Assembly (NCBI GenBank): GCA_963836205.1
Contig: CAWIIV010000022.1
Location: 1 to 64,000, forward strand
Source of the DNA: an uncultured Acidimicrobiia bacterium
Lineage (GTDB): Bacteria; Actinomycetota; Acidimicrobiia; Acidimicrobiales; AC-14
Length of the DNA: 64,000 bases
Reading direction: 5' to 3'
In this document: piece by piece, positions 36,597 to 45,744 of the stretch
Position numbering within the stretch: position 1 is the first letter of the stretch
Layout: each line of letters starts with the position of its first letter
The notes under the pieces: generated by a model
What the model was told of the DNA's origin: nothing
The model's input: only the letters and a program-made list of their open reading frames with translations
Database searches by the model: none
Made by a program: the position numbers and the translations under genes

Positions 36597-37118
36597 CTAG
36601 GCGAGCGCTTCCACCGAGAACCCGGCACCGTCGGCGGTGATCAGCACGCCCGCGCCCTTGCCCATGGGATCGACCAGCCGCCCCGTCAGCCCGAGCACCG
36701 CCGCCTCGTTGGTGGGGCTGTGACCCACGACGAGCGCCCGACCACCCTCGGCGAGCGCGTCGAAGACCCGTCGGAGGGCGTCGCCCAGGATGCGGGCCTC
36801 GCCGTCGACAAAGTCGGGCTCGAGGTCGCGAAACGCCGCCAGGCCGCCTCCCGACGCCCTCCCCGCGAGCTCCCTCCAGCGGTCCTCGAAGTCGGAGCGC
36901 AGGCCGGGTTCCACGGCCACACCGTCGCGCACCCGCCGGCCCAGGCCCGCCAGCATGCACGCCGCGGCCTGGGTGGCCCGTTGCGCGCCCGTCGACACCG
37001 CCAGCTGGTAGTCGCCGGCGAGGCCGCGACCGATCTCCACCGCCGCCCGAACACCCTCGGCGGTCAGGAAATCGCCGTCGTTGTCCGTGTGTCGCCGCAG
37101 CTCGACCGTCTTGGCCAT
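36597..37118 (-). CDS. Histidine phosphatase (phosphoglycerate mutase-like) family protein
   Basis: ELRRHT, LTAEG, RATQAA, LVVGHS. Confidence 0.75.
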   Translation of the reverse strand: MAKTVELRRHTDNDGDFLTAEGVRAAVEIGRGLAGDYQLAVSTGAQRATQAAACMLAGLGRRVRDGVAVEPGLRSDFEDRWRELAGRASGGGLAAFRDLEPDFVDGEARILGDALRRVFDALAEGGRALVVGHSPTNEAAVLGLTGRLVDPMGKGAGVLITADGAGFSVEALA

Positions 37119-37160
37119 GTTCCGAATGCTAAGCTCCGATGCTCCGGAAGGGTGGCGGCC

Positions 37161-37694
37161 GTGCCTGATGCGCTTGTGTATGCAAATCTGGCAGTCGGCG
37201 AGTTGGGCGCAGATGTTGCGAGTGTTCACCTCAACGATGACTTCGATCCCGACGCGCAGCAGCTACCTGGGCTTGAGGTCCTGACCGGTGCCGGGGTCGC
37301 ACTGGCATCAGCGTTCTTCTCTGGTGTCGTGGCTGGAATGGCGAGAGAACTGCGAAGCTGGGGCGATAGCGTCGGGTCGACGCTGGTTCGAAAACTCCGA
37401 GGGATAGTCCGTGCCTTGACCGCGCGCCGTGAATCGCCCTCTCCCGCAGTGTCGGTAACCCGAGCAGTCATCGTCGAGGAATACCGGGAGGTAGTCCTCG
37501 GCCTGATTGATCCCACCACTGGAGTGCTCGCGGATTCGGCGAATGCGCGATTCCTCAGAACCCCAGAAGTCCTTCTTGAGGTCACGAGCGCCCTGCTGGC
37601 GCTCGGGATAGACGAACATCGAGTCGAGGTGCTGGCCCCGCGGATCGTTGGAGCGCTAGCGACCCAAGCGCTACAAGCGTCGGACCAGCATTGA
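37161..37694 (+). CDS. Hypothetical protein, first gene of low-GC insert
   Basis: 3' part of ORF 36720..37694; GTG after GGAAGG; one hydrophobic helix; stop overlaps next start. Confidence 0.55.
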   Translation: MPDALVYANLAVGELGADVASVHLNDDFDPDAQQLPGLEVLTGAGVALASAFFSGVVAGMARELRSWGDSVGSTLVRKLRGIVRALTARRESPSPAVSVTRAVIVEEYREVVLGLIDPTTGVLADSANARFLRTPEVLLEVTSALLALGIDEHRVEVLAPRIVGALATQALQASDQH

Positions 37695-39091
37695 TGGAAG
37701 ATTTGCGTCAACTACAGACATACCAGCTTCTGCTACTTCGGGAGACCTTCCGAATGTGCCTTGGCCAAGACCCCCCGACAGCCGAGACAATGATTCTCGC
37801 GATAGGCTCGGAAGAACTGGAATCAATGATCGAGGCGGGAAACGGAATCGTGCGGGTCGTCGCCGCGGATGGCATCACTACTGGGTATATCTCTGTCCGC
37901 GATGGGCACCGTGAGACCACGGCCAGTCTGCCCTCATGGGCGAAACCGGAAGAGGTCCGAGATGCCCACATCCCGGCCCCAGGCCGTGCCGTGTATTCTA
38001 AATTGGTTGATCGTGCCGCAATAATTCGCTCCACCCAAGAGGATCTTTTCGCCGGCTTAGGTCTTGAGCTTGGAATGACCACAGTCTCTCGGTATTACGA
38101 TAGCGACGCCGACTCGCAATCTCTAGTGCGGCTTATCGAAGTCGCCAGCGCCATGGAGTTGAACGAAAAGCTGCGCCTGGATAGGGAACGGTTTGCGTCC
38201 TGGGGCTTTGACGCCATGAACGATCTAGTGCGCGAGTACTCGCAGTTCCGACTCTCGGGCGAATCGTTGCGTTTAGCGCTTAGCACGTTGAGTATCCTCT
38301 GGATGGCTGGTGAGAGCGGAGTCGCGGCAATCGAAATCGCTCATTTGGCTGGACAAAAGATAGCGGGGGAAACCGCGGTTTTCTCAATTGCCGACATCGA
38401 CTTCTACTGTAGAGCGCTCGACGTATCGACGAACGGCTATACATGGCGGATGGCTTTGGGGGCTGCGAGAGGGATGCGGGAGTATGGCGACGACGCTCGC
38501 GATGAAGCGAACGCTTCCTTAACCTTCGAAGACTTTCACGGTCATTTGTATCGGGCGCTTGCATTTTACCTGGCAGCGCAAACGCTCTATAGGATCGCCA
38601 ACACAAACCGAGATAGCAGTGCGCCTCCTCAACTCGCTTACGAGGCCATAAAGGGAAATCACTTCTGCGAAGAAATGCGCGTACGAATCTTGGTATCGTT
38701 TGCTTGGGCTGCAGATTTCACCACTCATGGCAATAACTTCATATTGCCGGACGTGCTGGAGTGGTGGCTCGTCACGAGAAGTGCGCGCAACATGGACGTC
38801 ATGGAGCATCGCGTGCTGAACCAGTACACCCAGCTCACCTTCCCATCCGTTATCAGAGATCTTGCCTTGGCGCGAGTCCGAACGTTTGGAGCGGAAACCC
38901 GAGCGTTGGGGATGCAGCAACTCGATAGCGTTGTCTCGAAAATGAGGGCGCAGCAGAGTCGACTCGATGCTCTTGACCAAGGGGTATTCCTGCAATACGC
39001 GCTTGCGGCTCGGGACCAGGCGGAGACATGGTTGGCCGAACCCTCTTTGGCAACTGAATATCTGAGAGTGGGCCGCGCCGCGAGTCCGTAA
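37694..39091 (+). CDS. Hypothetical alpha-helical protein, low GC
   Basis: 465-codon ORF in DNA where other frames are frequently closed; TGATG overlap with the upstream gene. Confidence 0.8.
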   Translation: MEDLRQLQTYQLLLLRETFRMCLGQDPPTAETMILAIGSEELESMIEAGNGIVRVVAADGITTGYISVRDGHRETTASLPSWAKPEEVRDAHIPAPGRAVYSKLVDRAAIIRSTQEDLFAGLGLELGMTTVSRYYDSDADSQSLVRLIEVASAMELNEKLRLDRERFASWGFDAMNDLVREYSQFRLSGESLRLALSTLSILWMAGESGVAAIEIAHLAGQKIAGETAVFSIADIDFYCRALDVSTNGYTWRMALGAARGMREYGDDARDEANASLTFEDFHGHLYRALAFYLAAQTLYRIANTNRDSSAPPQLAYEAIKGNHFCEEMRVRILVSFAWAADFTTHGNNFILPDVLEWWLVTRSARNMDVMEHRVLNQYTQLTFPSVIRDLALARVRTFGAETRALGMQQLDSVVSKMRAQQSRLDALDQGVFLQYALAARDQAETWLAEPSLATEYLRVGRAASP

Positions 39092-39412
39092 TGGATGTGA
39101 CTCTGAACCGCCTGGAAGTTCGCGCGCGTTCCACGCTCAGAGCGGAACCGAGAGGGTTTCCTCGCATACCTGGCGTGACGTTCGCAGACTGGGCCGCCGA
39201 GGGGCGACTGAAGTCTTGCCGGACCGCCAACTGCGGAAGCGGCCGGGCCCATGGGCATTCGGTCCCGGGTCCCACCCCTCCAGTCTCAGCTTGGTTAGGC
39301 CGGCGCGCCAGGAGCCGGGTCCCGGCGGGGGCGTGATGCTGGTCGGCTCGGAGATGACGGAGGCGGCCAGCGGTTGGCGCTGGCCGTCCCCGTCTCCGTC
39401 ACCGTCTCGGCG

Positions 39413-41032
39413 TCAGGGACAGTTGCCGATGTCGCTCTCGGACGAGGCCACCACGATGTTGGTGACGGCCAGGCCGACGACGTTGACCCGCACATGGATG
39501 GCGTTGACCGTGAGGCCCATGTCCGGCGTGGTGAATGGGATCTGCTCGTTGAGCATGAGGCTGACCACGCCCACCGTGATCCCGGTGTTGGGCGGGATGT
39601 TGGTCGGTGTCGCGATCACCACGGTGCCGCCTACCTTGAGGAAGGCGATCGTGGTGGTGCCGGTCGAGCCGGCGCACGTGGTGGTCGATGTCGACTGGAC
39701 CGTCCTGATGGTGACCGCCGGGATCGTCGGGACGCCAACGGCGGCGTCGGCGAGAGAGGCGGTGGCCGTCGAGGTGCCCGGGGGGGCGACGGTGGTCACG
39801 TTGGCGCACAGCACGTGGGCGCTCACCAGGCCGGGAAGGGTGGCCCGGCACGGCGTGGTGGTCGTCGACGATGCCGACGTGGAGATGTTGCCCGTGTCCG
39901 GGGTCGGCGCCACGTTGACGAGGGGAATGCCGGCCAGGGTGGCGGTCGCCGTCAACCCGAAGGCCCGTCCGGTCATGATCGGGGCGGTGACGATCACCGT
40001 CTCGCTCCCGCACCCGGAGACGGCGGACGCGTTGTTGGCGTCACCCTCGTAGGTGGCGACCCAGTCGTACGTGCCTTCCCCGGTCACCGTGACGTCGCCC
40101 GACGACGCCGTCCGGGCCGCCAACGTGCCCGTGGTGGAGGTGAAGGTTCCGGTGCACAGGGGGTCGGCCGGACCGAAGAGCTGGAAGGTGACGTCGCCGG
40201 AGGGCGACAGCCCACCGCTCACGGTGGCCGAGTCGGAGATGGTTCCGCCGACGGTGCCGTTGCCCGACGGGGTCGTCGAGATGCCCAGGGGCGGCGGCGG
40301 CGGGATCTCGCCCGAGCAGGTGCTGACGTGGCTGGTGTCCATCGTCACCGCGCCGGTGTGGGCGTACAGGCTGCCGGTGCTGTTGGCCCCGGTGGCGAGC
40401 GTGATCGAGGTGTTGGCAATGATGTTGCCCAGGAAGATCGATCCGGAGCCGACGGTGGCGCTGCTGCCGATCAGCCAGGTGACGTTGTTGCCGCACTGCG
40501 ATCCGCCGTTGACGAGCACGACGGCGGCGTCGCTGGCGGTGGTGAGGGCGCTGGTGACCTGGAACAGCCACTTGGCGGTGGGGCTGCCCTGGGCGTCGAG
40601 GCGGAGGACGCCGGTGAGCTGGGCCGAGCTGTCGAAGCAGTAGACGGCGGGAGGAAGGGTCATGCCCCCGAGGTCGAGGCCGCTGAGGTTGGTGTCACAC
40701 GGCTGCCCGACGGCGTGGCCGTAGGCGGTGCCGATGTCGGCCTGGGCCGCGGTGGAGACCGGTGTGCTCTGGACGATACCGCCGACGACGGCGCCGGGCG
40801 GGAACCCCGAGATCGACGAGCCGGGGCTGACCCCGAGGTCGCCGGTGACGACCGTCGCCCCGGTGTTGCTCACCGCGCTGCCGCCGAGCACGGCGAACGT
40901 CGCCGCCGTCCCGAGGGGCGGGTTGACTGCTGCCGCCGCCGCCGGCTGGGCGAGGACGAGTGGGAAGAGAAGCAAGCCCGCGGCGAGGGCGGGAAGCATT
41001 CGGTGGGCGAGGCGAGATCGAGTTCGGGTCAT
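39413..41032 (-). CDS. Secreted ice-binding family protein (DUF3494) with Ig-like and C-terminal beta-rich domains
   Basis: Signal peptide; LGTAATFAVLGGSAVSNTGATVVTGDLGVSPG, LGGMTLPPAVY, WLFQVTSALTT, WLIGSSAT, FLGNIIANTSI. Confidence 0.9.
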   Translation of the reverse strand: MTRTRSRLAHRMLPALAAGLLLFPLVLAQPAAAAAVNPPLGTAATFAVLGGSAVSNTGATVVTGDLGVSPGSSISGFPPGAVVGGIVQSTPVSTAAQADIGTAYGHAVGQPCDTNLSGLDLGGMTLPPAVYCFDSSAQLTGVLRLDAQGSPTAKWLFQVTSALTTASDAAVVLVNGGSQCGNNVTWLIGSSATVGSGSIFLGNIIANTSITLATGANSTGSLYAHTGAVTMDTSHVSTCSGEIPPPPPLGISTTPSGNGTVGGTISDSATVSGGLSPSGDVTFQLFGPADPLCTGTFTSTTGTLAARTASSGDVTVTGEGTYDWVATYEGDANNASAVSGCGSETVIVTAPIMTGRAFGLTATATLAGIPLVNVAPTPDTGNISTSASSTTTTPCRATLPGLVSAHVLCANVTTVAPPGTSTATASLADAAVGVPTIPAVTIRTVQSTSTTTCAGSTGTTTIAFLKVGGTVVIATPTNIPPNTGITVGVVSLMLNEQIPFTTPDMGLTVNAIHVRVNVVGLAVTNIVVASSESDIGNCP

Positions 41033-41236
41033 GGGTTCCCCTGTGGCGAAGTGATGGTGCGGACATGGAGCAACATCCCGGCTGTGGTTGCGCGGGTGTC
41101 TGCTCGCTGCCCGATCGTCACTCGCCCATCTCCCCTCAGCGTCGTGGATCGCTGACGCTGCCGGGGTCCGGGGCAGGTGGGGCACGTCTACGCCCACCAG
41201 GACGGTGCCCTTTCAGGCACTCATCCTACGGTTCAT

Positions 41237-41266
41237 AAACTAGTCATACACCGTAACGACTGTCAA
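41237..41266 (-). promoter_or_regulatory. Housekeeping-sigma promoter for the ice-binding gene
   Basis: TTGACA-N18-TAGTTT on the minus strand in an AT-rich patch, about 200 nt upstream of the ATG. Confidence 0.6.
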
Positions 41267-41391
41267 TTTTGGTTCATTTCATGTCATTCCGAATCGGAAC
41301 GCTCCGGGAGCGTCCCGATCCGGCGCAGGTCTTGGGTCGGAAAAGGGGTGCTGCGCGGACCTTTTCGTGCCCACGACCGGCGCTGTCGGCG

Positions 41392-41850
41392 TCATGCCGG
41401 CGCTTCTGGCGAATTCTCGGGTGAAGGTACGCGGAACGGACTGACGATCACCAGATCGTCGAACCGGCGGCCTTCCTGGAGATCCTCAGTGAGCAGGGCT
41501 CGTGCTCCCGAGCGGCGGGCGGAGACGATGATGAGCGAGTCCCAGAACGACAGGTGATGCCGTTCCTCGAGCCCCGAAGCGGCGATGACGTCGTCGACGT
41601 CCGGGCGGTGGATCGGCCAAGTCCCGTAGGTGGCGACAACTTCGCCGGCGGTCCCTCGTGGCAGCGGTCGGCTGAGCTTGCGGGTGACAGTCACGTAGAA
41701 CTCCTGAAGCACCTGCGTGCTCAGGAGGCCCGATTCGTCCTCCCATAACGTCTGCAGCCACGCTCGTGCGGCAAGGTGCTTGTCGCCCGCGTCGGCGTCG
41801 TATGCGTACACGAGCACGTTGGCGTCGACGAAGGTCGGCTCACCGCTCAT
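41392..41850 (-). CDS. vapC: PIN-domain (VapC) toxin
   Basis: FVDANVLVY, STQVLQEFY, SFWDSLI, LLTEDLQ. Confidence 0.92.
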   Translation of the reverse strand: MSGEPTFVDANVLVYAYDADAGDKHLAARAWLQTLWEDESGLLSTQVLQEFYVTVTRKLSRPLPRGTAGEVVATYGTWPIHRPDVDDVIAASGLEERHHLSFWDSLIIVSARRSGARALLTEDLQEGRRFDDLVIVSPFRVPSPENSPEAPA

Positions 41851-42073
41851 GGAGTGTGTCTCGATCAGGGAGGCTTCCGCCGCCGAGGTGGAATCCCCGG
41901 TTCAGCTGGGCCAATGCGGTCGACTTGGCCCGCCGGTAGGCATCGTCCTCACCGACCAGCCTGTGGATCTCGTGCGCGACGAGCTTGCTCACAGAGGTCG
42001 AACGTCTCGCCGCCAGCACCTTGGCTTTTGCGACCGTGTCCTCGTCGAGCTGGACCGTGAGGTTTCGCTTCAT
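41840..42073 (-). CDS. vapB: RHH-type antitoxin (DUF6364-like)
   Basis: MKRNLTVQLDE, TSVSKLV, RDTLHER; overlaps toxin start. Confidence 0.88.
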   Translation of the reverse strand: MKRNLTVQLDEDTVAKAKVLAARRSTSVSKLVAHEIHRLVGEDDAYRRAKSTALAQLNRGFHLGGGSLPDRDTLHER

Positions 42074-42085
42074 GCGCCCGATGAT

Positions 42086-42116
42086 ACGTAAGTCACGTGC
42101 GGCACGTGACTTACGT
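42086..42116. promoter_or_regulatory. Perfect palindromic operator of TA pair 1
   Basis: ACGTAAGTCACGTGC-G-GCACGTGACTTACGT, 12 bp upstream of the antitoxin ATG. Confidence 0.75.
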
Positions 42117-42129
42117 GGTGCGATTCGGC

Positions 42130-42612
42130 TCAGTCGACTTGGGGGCGTGCAGTTATTCGGAAACCTGTCGAGTACTCCTCGGAGAAGGGGTCCTTCACCG
42201 TGATGCCGCTGAACTTGCGGAGGTCGCGGTCGTGGCTCCAGATCGTCGACACCCCGTGTTCCCGCATGAGCGCGACGAGATGCGCATCGGGAACGACGTT
42301 GCCTCGCGGCTTCACGTCCGCCGCGACCCTTCGGAACGACGTCCAGAAGTCGTCGCCCTCGCCGACGACGCGGACGTGTGACGGCGCGAGGACGGCTTCG
42401 ACATTCGAGACGGCCTCGTCGGTCGACAGCGGCGTTCCGAGGATCGCTGGATGCGTGACGATTCGCAGGTATCCGAGGACGGCCGGCCAGAGGAGGTAGG
42501 CGAGGCTGGGACCGGCGACGAGGTGCTCGACAAGCGCACGGGCCCGCTCATGGAAGGGGCTCCCGGTGTGGCTGGCGTACACCAGAACGTTGGTGTCGAC
42601 GGTCTGGCTCAC
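42130..42612 (-). CDS. vapC: PIN-domain (VapC) toxin
   Basis: VDTNVLVYA, YLRIVTHP, GNVVPDAHLVAL, SHDRDLRKF; GTGA overlap with antitoxin. Confidence 0.92.
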   Translation of the reverse strand: MSQTVDTNVLVYASHTGSPFHERARALVEHLVAGPSLAYLLWPAVLGYLRIVTHPAILGTPLSTDEAVSNVEAVLAPSHVRVVGEGDDFWTSFRRVAADVKPRGNVVPDAHLVALMREHGVSTIWSHDRDLRKFSGITVKDPFSEEYSTGFRITARPQVD

Positions 42613-42836
42613 GGCTCGTCGAGGATGGACCAGACCGCGTCCTTGTCGTCGAGGTCGACGCGCGGCCGAAGATCCTTCGCGACCCACTCGAACGGTGGCG
42701 CAGGCTCGTCCTCCGACTCGATTGCCTTGGCCACGAGCTCGGATACGAGTTGTCCCAGCGGCTTCCGCTCGCGCTCCTGTCGCTTTTTCAGCTGGCGGAG
42801 AACGGAGGCATCGATGTCGATGGTGGTCCTGGGCAC
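42609..42836 (-). CDS. vapB: VapB-type antitoxin
   Basis: MPRTTIDID, LGQLVSEL, VDLDDKDAVW. Confidence 0.88.
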   Translation of the reverse strand: MPRTTIDIDASVLRQLKKRQERERKPLGQLVSELVAKAIESEDEPAPPFEWVAKDLRPRVDLDDKDAVWSILDEP

Positions 42837-42869
42837 GCATCTGATGCTATCAGCGCGAACATCAGATGC
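42837..42869. promoter_or_regulatory. Inverted-repeat operator of TA pair 2
   Basis: GCATCTGATG-N13-CATCAGATGC abutting the antitoxin start codon. Confidence 0.7.
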
Positions 42870-43465
42870 AAGTGCTGCTGGTCGACTGGGAGAACGCGGC
42901 TATTCCAACCATGTCGAATGCCTGGCGACGGGCCCCCGTGGTGCCCCACCCGGTGCCGAGTGACAGCTCCCAGCGGCATCATGTTCCAATTTCAGCGAAC
43001 CGCAGGACGACCGCCGTTGACCGGCTGGTGGAGCGGGTGCCTCCCCCGATCCGAATCGGGCTGTGGGTCCTCTGGGCGGTGGCGATCATCGCCATGCGGT
43101 GGGACGGCGTGGACGGTCATGCCTGGTCGCCCATCTCTTGGGGGTTCGTCTGGCTCGGCGTCGGCGTTTGGCTGATCCTTCGGCTCAACCATCTCGTTGC
43201 GACCTTCGGGGATGCCGCTCGCCCCCCGCTCGATCTGCTTTCTCTTGATCGGGAAGCAGCTCTTCTGGTCCTGGCGACTGGAGGGCTCCTGGTCGTGGGC
43301 CCCTGGTGGGTGCTGGACGGCGACCCCTCGACCAACCCCCTGATCGGCGGGGCCCTTTTCCTGGTCGGGCTGGTCCTGACGTGTCTGTTCGTCCGCTACC
43401 TGCTCAAGCCCGTCCGGGGCGGGGCCGGTCCGGCCTCCCCCTGGCGGGCGAAGGGCCCTTGGTAG
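42866..43465 (+). CDS. Hypothetical four-TM membrane protein (true start probably downstream)
   Basis: Four hydrophobic segments in the C-terminal two thirds. Confidence 0.55.
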   Translation: MQVLLVDWENAAIPTMSNAWRRAPVVPHPVPSDSSQRHHVPISANRRTTAVDRLVERVPPPIRIGLWVLWAVAIIAMRWDGVDGHAWSPISWGFVWLGVGVWLILRLNHLVATFGDAARPPLDLLSLDREAALLVLATGGLLVVGPWWVLDGDPSTNPLIGGALFLVGLVLTCLFVRYLLKPVRGGAGPASPWRAKGPW

Positions 43466-43530
43466 GAAACGCAGAACCTGCCGAAGGCCCATCGTCGGCG
43501 CGGGGAGCGTGGCGCGGCAACAGTTGCGCC

Positions 43531-43836
43531 GTGGGCCTCTTGAGAAAGCTTGACGATCTCGACCGGCGCTTCGGTGCCCGAGCGGCCCACACGACTGACT
43601 GGGAACAGCGCCCAGCCGTGGCCAACCGAACGCCGTTGTGGCTGATCGCTGGATCGGTGGCGCTGCTCATCGTGCCAGCGATGGCGATCCTTCTCGTTCA
43701 GACAGTGCGGAACCAGCAGGAGGACAACAACGTCCGGGCGGAGCTCGAGCCGGGACGGTGCCCTGGCGGTCGGTGCCGCCACCGATTTCAAGCGCCCGAC
43801 TCGCGGGCACGTCTTCCCAGCCGTGATGCGCGTTGA
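43531..43836 (+). CDS. Possible small single-TM protein or fragment
   Basis: GTG start, LWLIAGSVALLIVPAMAILLV helix; 3' part looks non-coding. Confidence 0.3.
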   Translation: MGLLRKLDDLDRRFGARAAHTTDWEQRPAVANRTPLWLIAGSVALLIVPAMAILLVQTVRNQQEDNNVRAELEPGRCPGGRCRHRFQAPDSRARLPSRDAR

Positions 43837-44032
43837 GTTCATGACAGACACGGGAATGTCGCAGGCGACGAGACACCCCACCGCGACCGGTGGATCATCG
43901 CCGCGGGCTGGGGACCCACGTTCTTGGTCATCATGGTCGTGGTCCTGGGGCTGACAGAGGGCTTTCGACGGGAGTCGGCTGAGCCCTGACCGGCCCTGTG
44001 GGGTCAGACGGGATTTCGCCTAGTTGGTTAAG

Positions 44033-44950
44033 TTAGATGTTCGACGGGAGGAGGCGGGCGAAGTTCTCGAAGAAGACGAACAGGACGCCGAGGAAGATCG
44101 GGGTGCCGACCAGGTAGGCCATCCAGCCCCGGTCCCAGAGGCGGGACAGCCACCAGGTGGCCAGCCACACGGCGGCGCACAGGATGCCCCAGCCCACGGC
44201 GGGGCCGCGGGCGGCCGAATCGCCCGAGAGGCCGGCGAGGCCGTCGGCGGCCAGCTCGGTGGGGGGCGTGACGACGGAGCCTTCGGGGGGCGGGGGAGGG
44301 GTGACCGGCGTGGTCACCAGCCTGGCGCTCACGATGAGCCGTTCGGCGGCGGAGTACCGCGGGTTGCAGGTGGTGAGCGTGAGCCGGTTGTCGTCGGTGG
44401 GGTTGAGGACCTCGACCGCGTCGGGCGAGACGATCTGCGTGTCGATGACCTCGTACCGGAACTCCCCCACGCCGGTGGTGACCATGATGGAGTCGCCGAG
44501 CACGAGGTCGCTCAGGTCGTAGAACGGGGCGCCGTAGGTGGTGCGGTGCCCGGCGATGGCGGCGTTGCCGGGCTCGCCCGGCATCGGGGTGCCCGGGTAG
44601 TGGCCGGGGGCCTTCTTGAGGTCCTCCACGCCGACGCCCTCGACGATGTACTTGTCGATGTTGGCCTTGGGGATGACGATGCGGCCGATGGCATCGCCCA
44701 CCTGGGGCGGCAGGGTGGTCGGTGGGATCGTCGGTTCTGTCGTCTGCGCCGACGGCACCGTGGTGGGCACCGAGATCCGGGAGAAACTCTCCTCCAGGTC
44801 GTTCTGGGCCCGGGCCTCGTGGAGGCCTGTCCCCCACAGCTGGTAGGCCACGAAGAGCAGGATCAGGACCCCGGACGAGATCAACGTCTTGCCGGTGCCG
44901 CGCACCACTTGCCTGAGCATTGGCGGTGAACTTACTGCCGCTTGGACCAT
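44033..44950 (-). CDS. Class E sortase with extra C-terminal TM helices
   Basis: LLFVAYQLWGT, IAGHRTTYGAPF, LTLTTCNPRYSAAERLIV (His/Cys/Arg triad). Confidence 0.92.
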   Translation of the reverse strand: MVQAAVSSPPMLRQVVRGTGKTLISSGVLILLFVAYQLWGTGLHEARAQNDLEESFSRISVPTTVPSAQTTEPTIPPTTLPPQVGDAIGRIVIPKANIDKYIVEGVGVEDLKKAPGHYPGTPMPGEPGNAAIAGHRTTYGAPFYDLSDLVLGDSIMVTTGVGEFRYEVIDTQIVSPDAVEVLNPTDDNRLTLTTCNPRYSAAERLIVSARLVTTPVTPPPPPEGSVVTPPTELAADGLAGLSGDSAARGPAVGWGILCAAVWLATWWLSRLWDRGWMAYLVGTPIFLGVLFVFFENFARLLPSNI

Positions 44951-44976
44951 CGTTCCTGGTCGCCGGTACCGTGGAC

Positions 44977-45744
44977 ATGGTCCCGATGACCCCGATCACC
45001 CCCCCAGGCGAGGAAATCACTCCTCCGAACTTCGCCGTCCGCTTCCGCTCCGCAGTGTCGCTGCTGGGCCGGTTCCCTGCCCTGGCGGGCGTCGATCTCG
45101 ACGTCGCCGCGGGGGAGGTGGTCCTCGTCCGGGGACCCAACGGTGCCGGCAAGACCACCCTGCTGCGAGCGTGCGCGGGCCTGGTGGGCATCTCCTCGGG
45201 GGAGGCCGAGGTCCTCGGGCACGACCTCAGGGCCGACCGCCGGGCCATCCGCCGCCGGGTGGGCCTGCTGGGCCACGCCGCCTTCCTCTACGACGACCTC
45301 ACCGTGGCCGACAACCTTCGCTTCGCGGCCCGGGCGTCGGGGTCGTCGAAGGCGGCGGCCGACGCCGCCAGTGCCCGCCTGGGCCTCGACGGCCGCCTGC
45401 GTGATCTCCCCGCGGCCAAGCTCTCCGCCGGGCAGCGGCGGCGGGTGGCCCTGGCCGCGGTCGTCGCCCGCCAACCCGACCTGTGGCTGCTCGACGAGCC
45501 CCATGCCGGCCTCGACGCCGCCGGGCGCGACCTCCTCGACGAGCTCGTCCGGGAAGCGGCCGCCGCCGGCGCCACCGTCCTGCTCGCCTCCCACGAGCTG
45601 GAGCGGGCGAGCGCCCTCGCCACCCGGTCCGTCGTCATCGCCGGGGGACGGATCCGCGACGGCCTTCTGCCGCCGCCGACGTCGCCCGGGCCGCCGCCGA
45701 TTTCGCCCCCGGCCACCGGCAAGGAGCCCGTCCATGTGGCGTGA
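44977..45744 (+). CDS. ccmA: Heme ABC exporter ATP-binding protein CcmA
   Basis: GPNGAGKTT, LSAGQRRRVAL, LWLLDEP; heads the ccm operon. Confidence 0.88.
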   Translation: MVPMTPITPPGEEITPPNFAVRFRSAVSLLGRFPALAGVDLDVAAGEVVLVRGPNGAGKTTLLRACAGLVGISSGEAEVLGHDLRADRRAIRRRVGLLGHAAFLYDDLTVADNLRFAARASGSSKAAADAASARLGLDGRLRDLPAAKLSAGQRRRVALAAVVARQPDLWLLDEPHAGLDAAGRDLLDELVREAAAAGATVLLASHELERASALATRSVVIAGGRIRDGLLPPPTSPGPPPISPPATGKEPVHVA

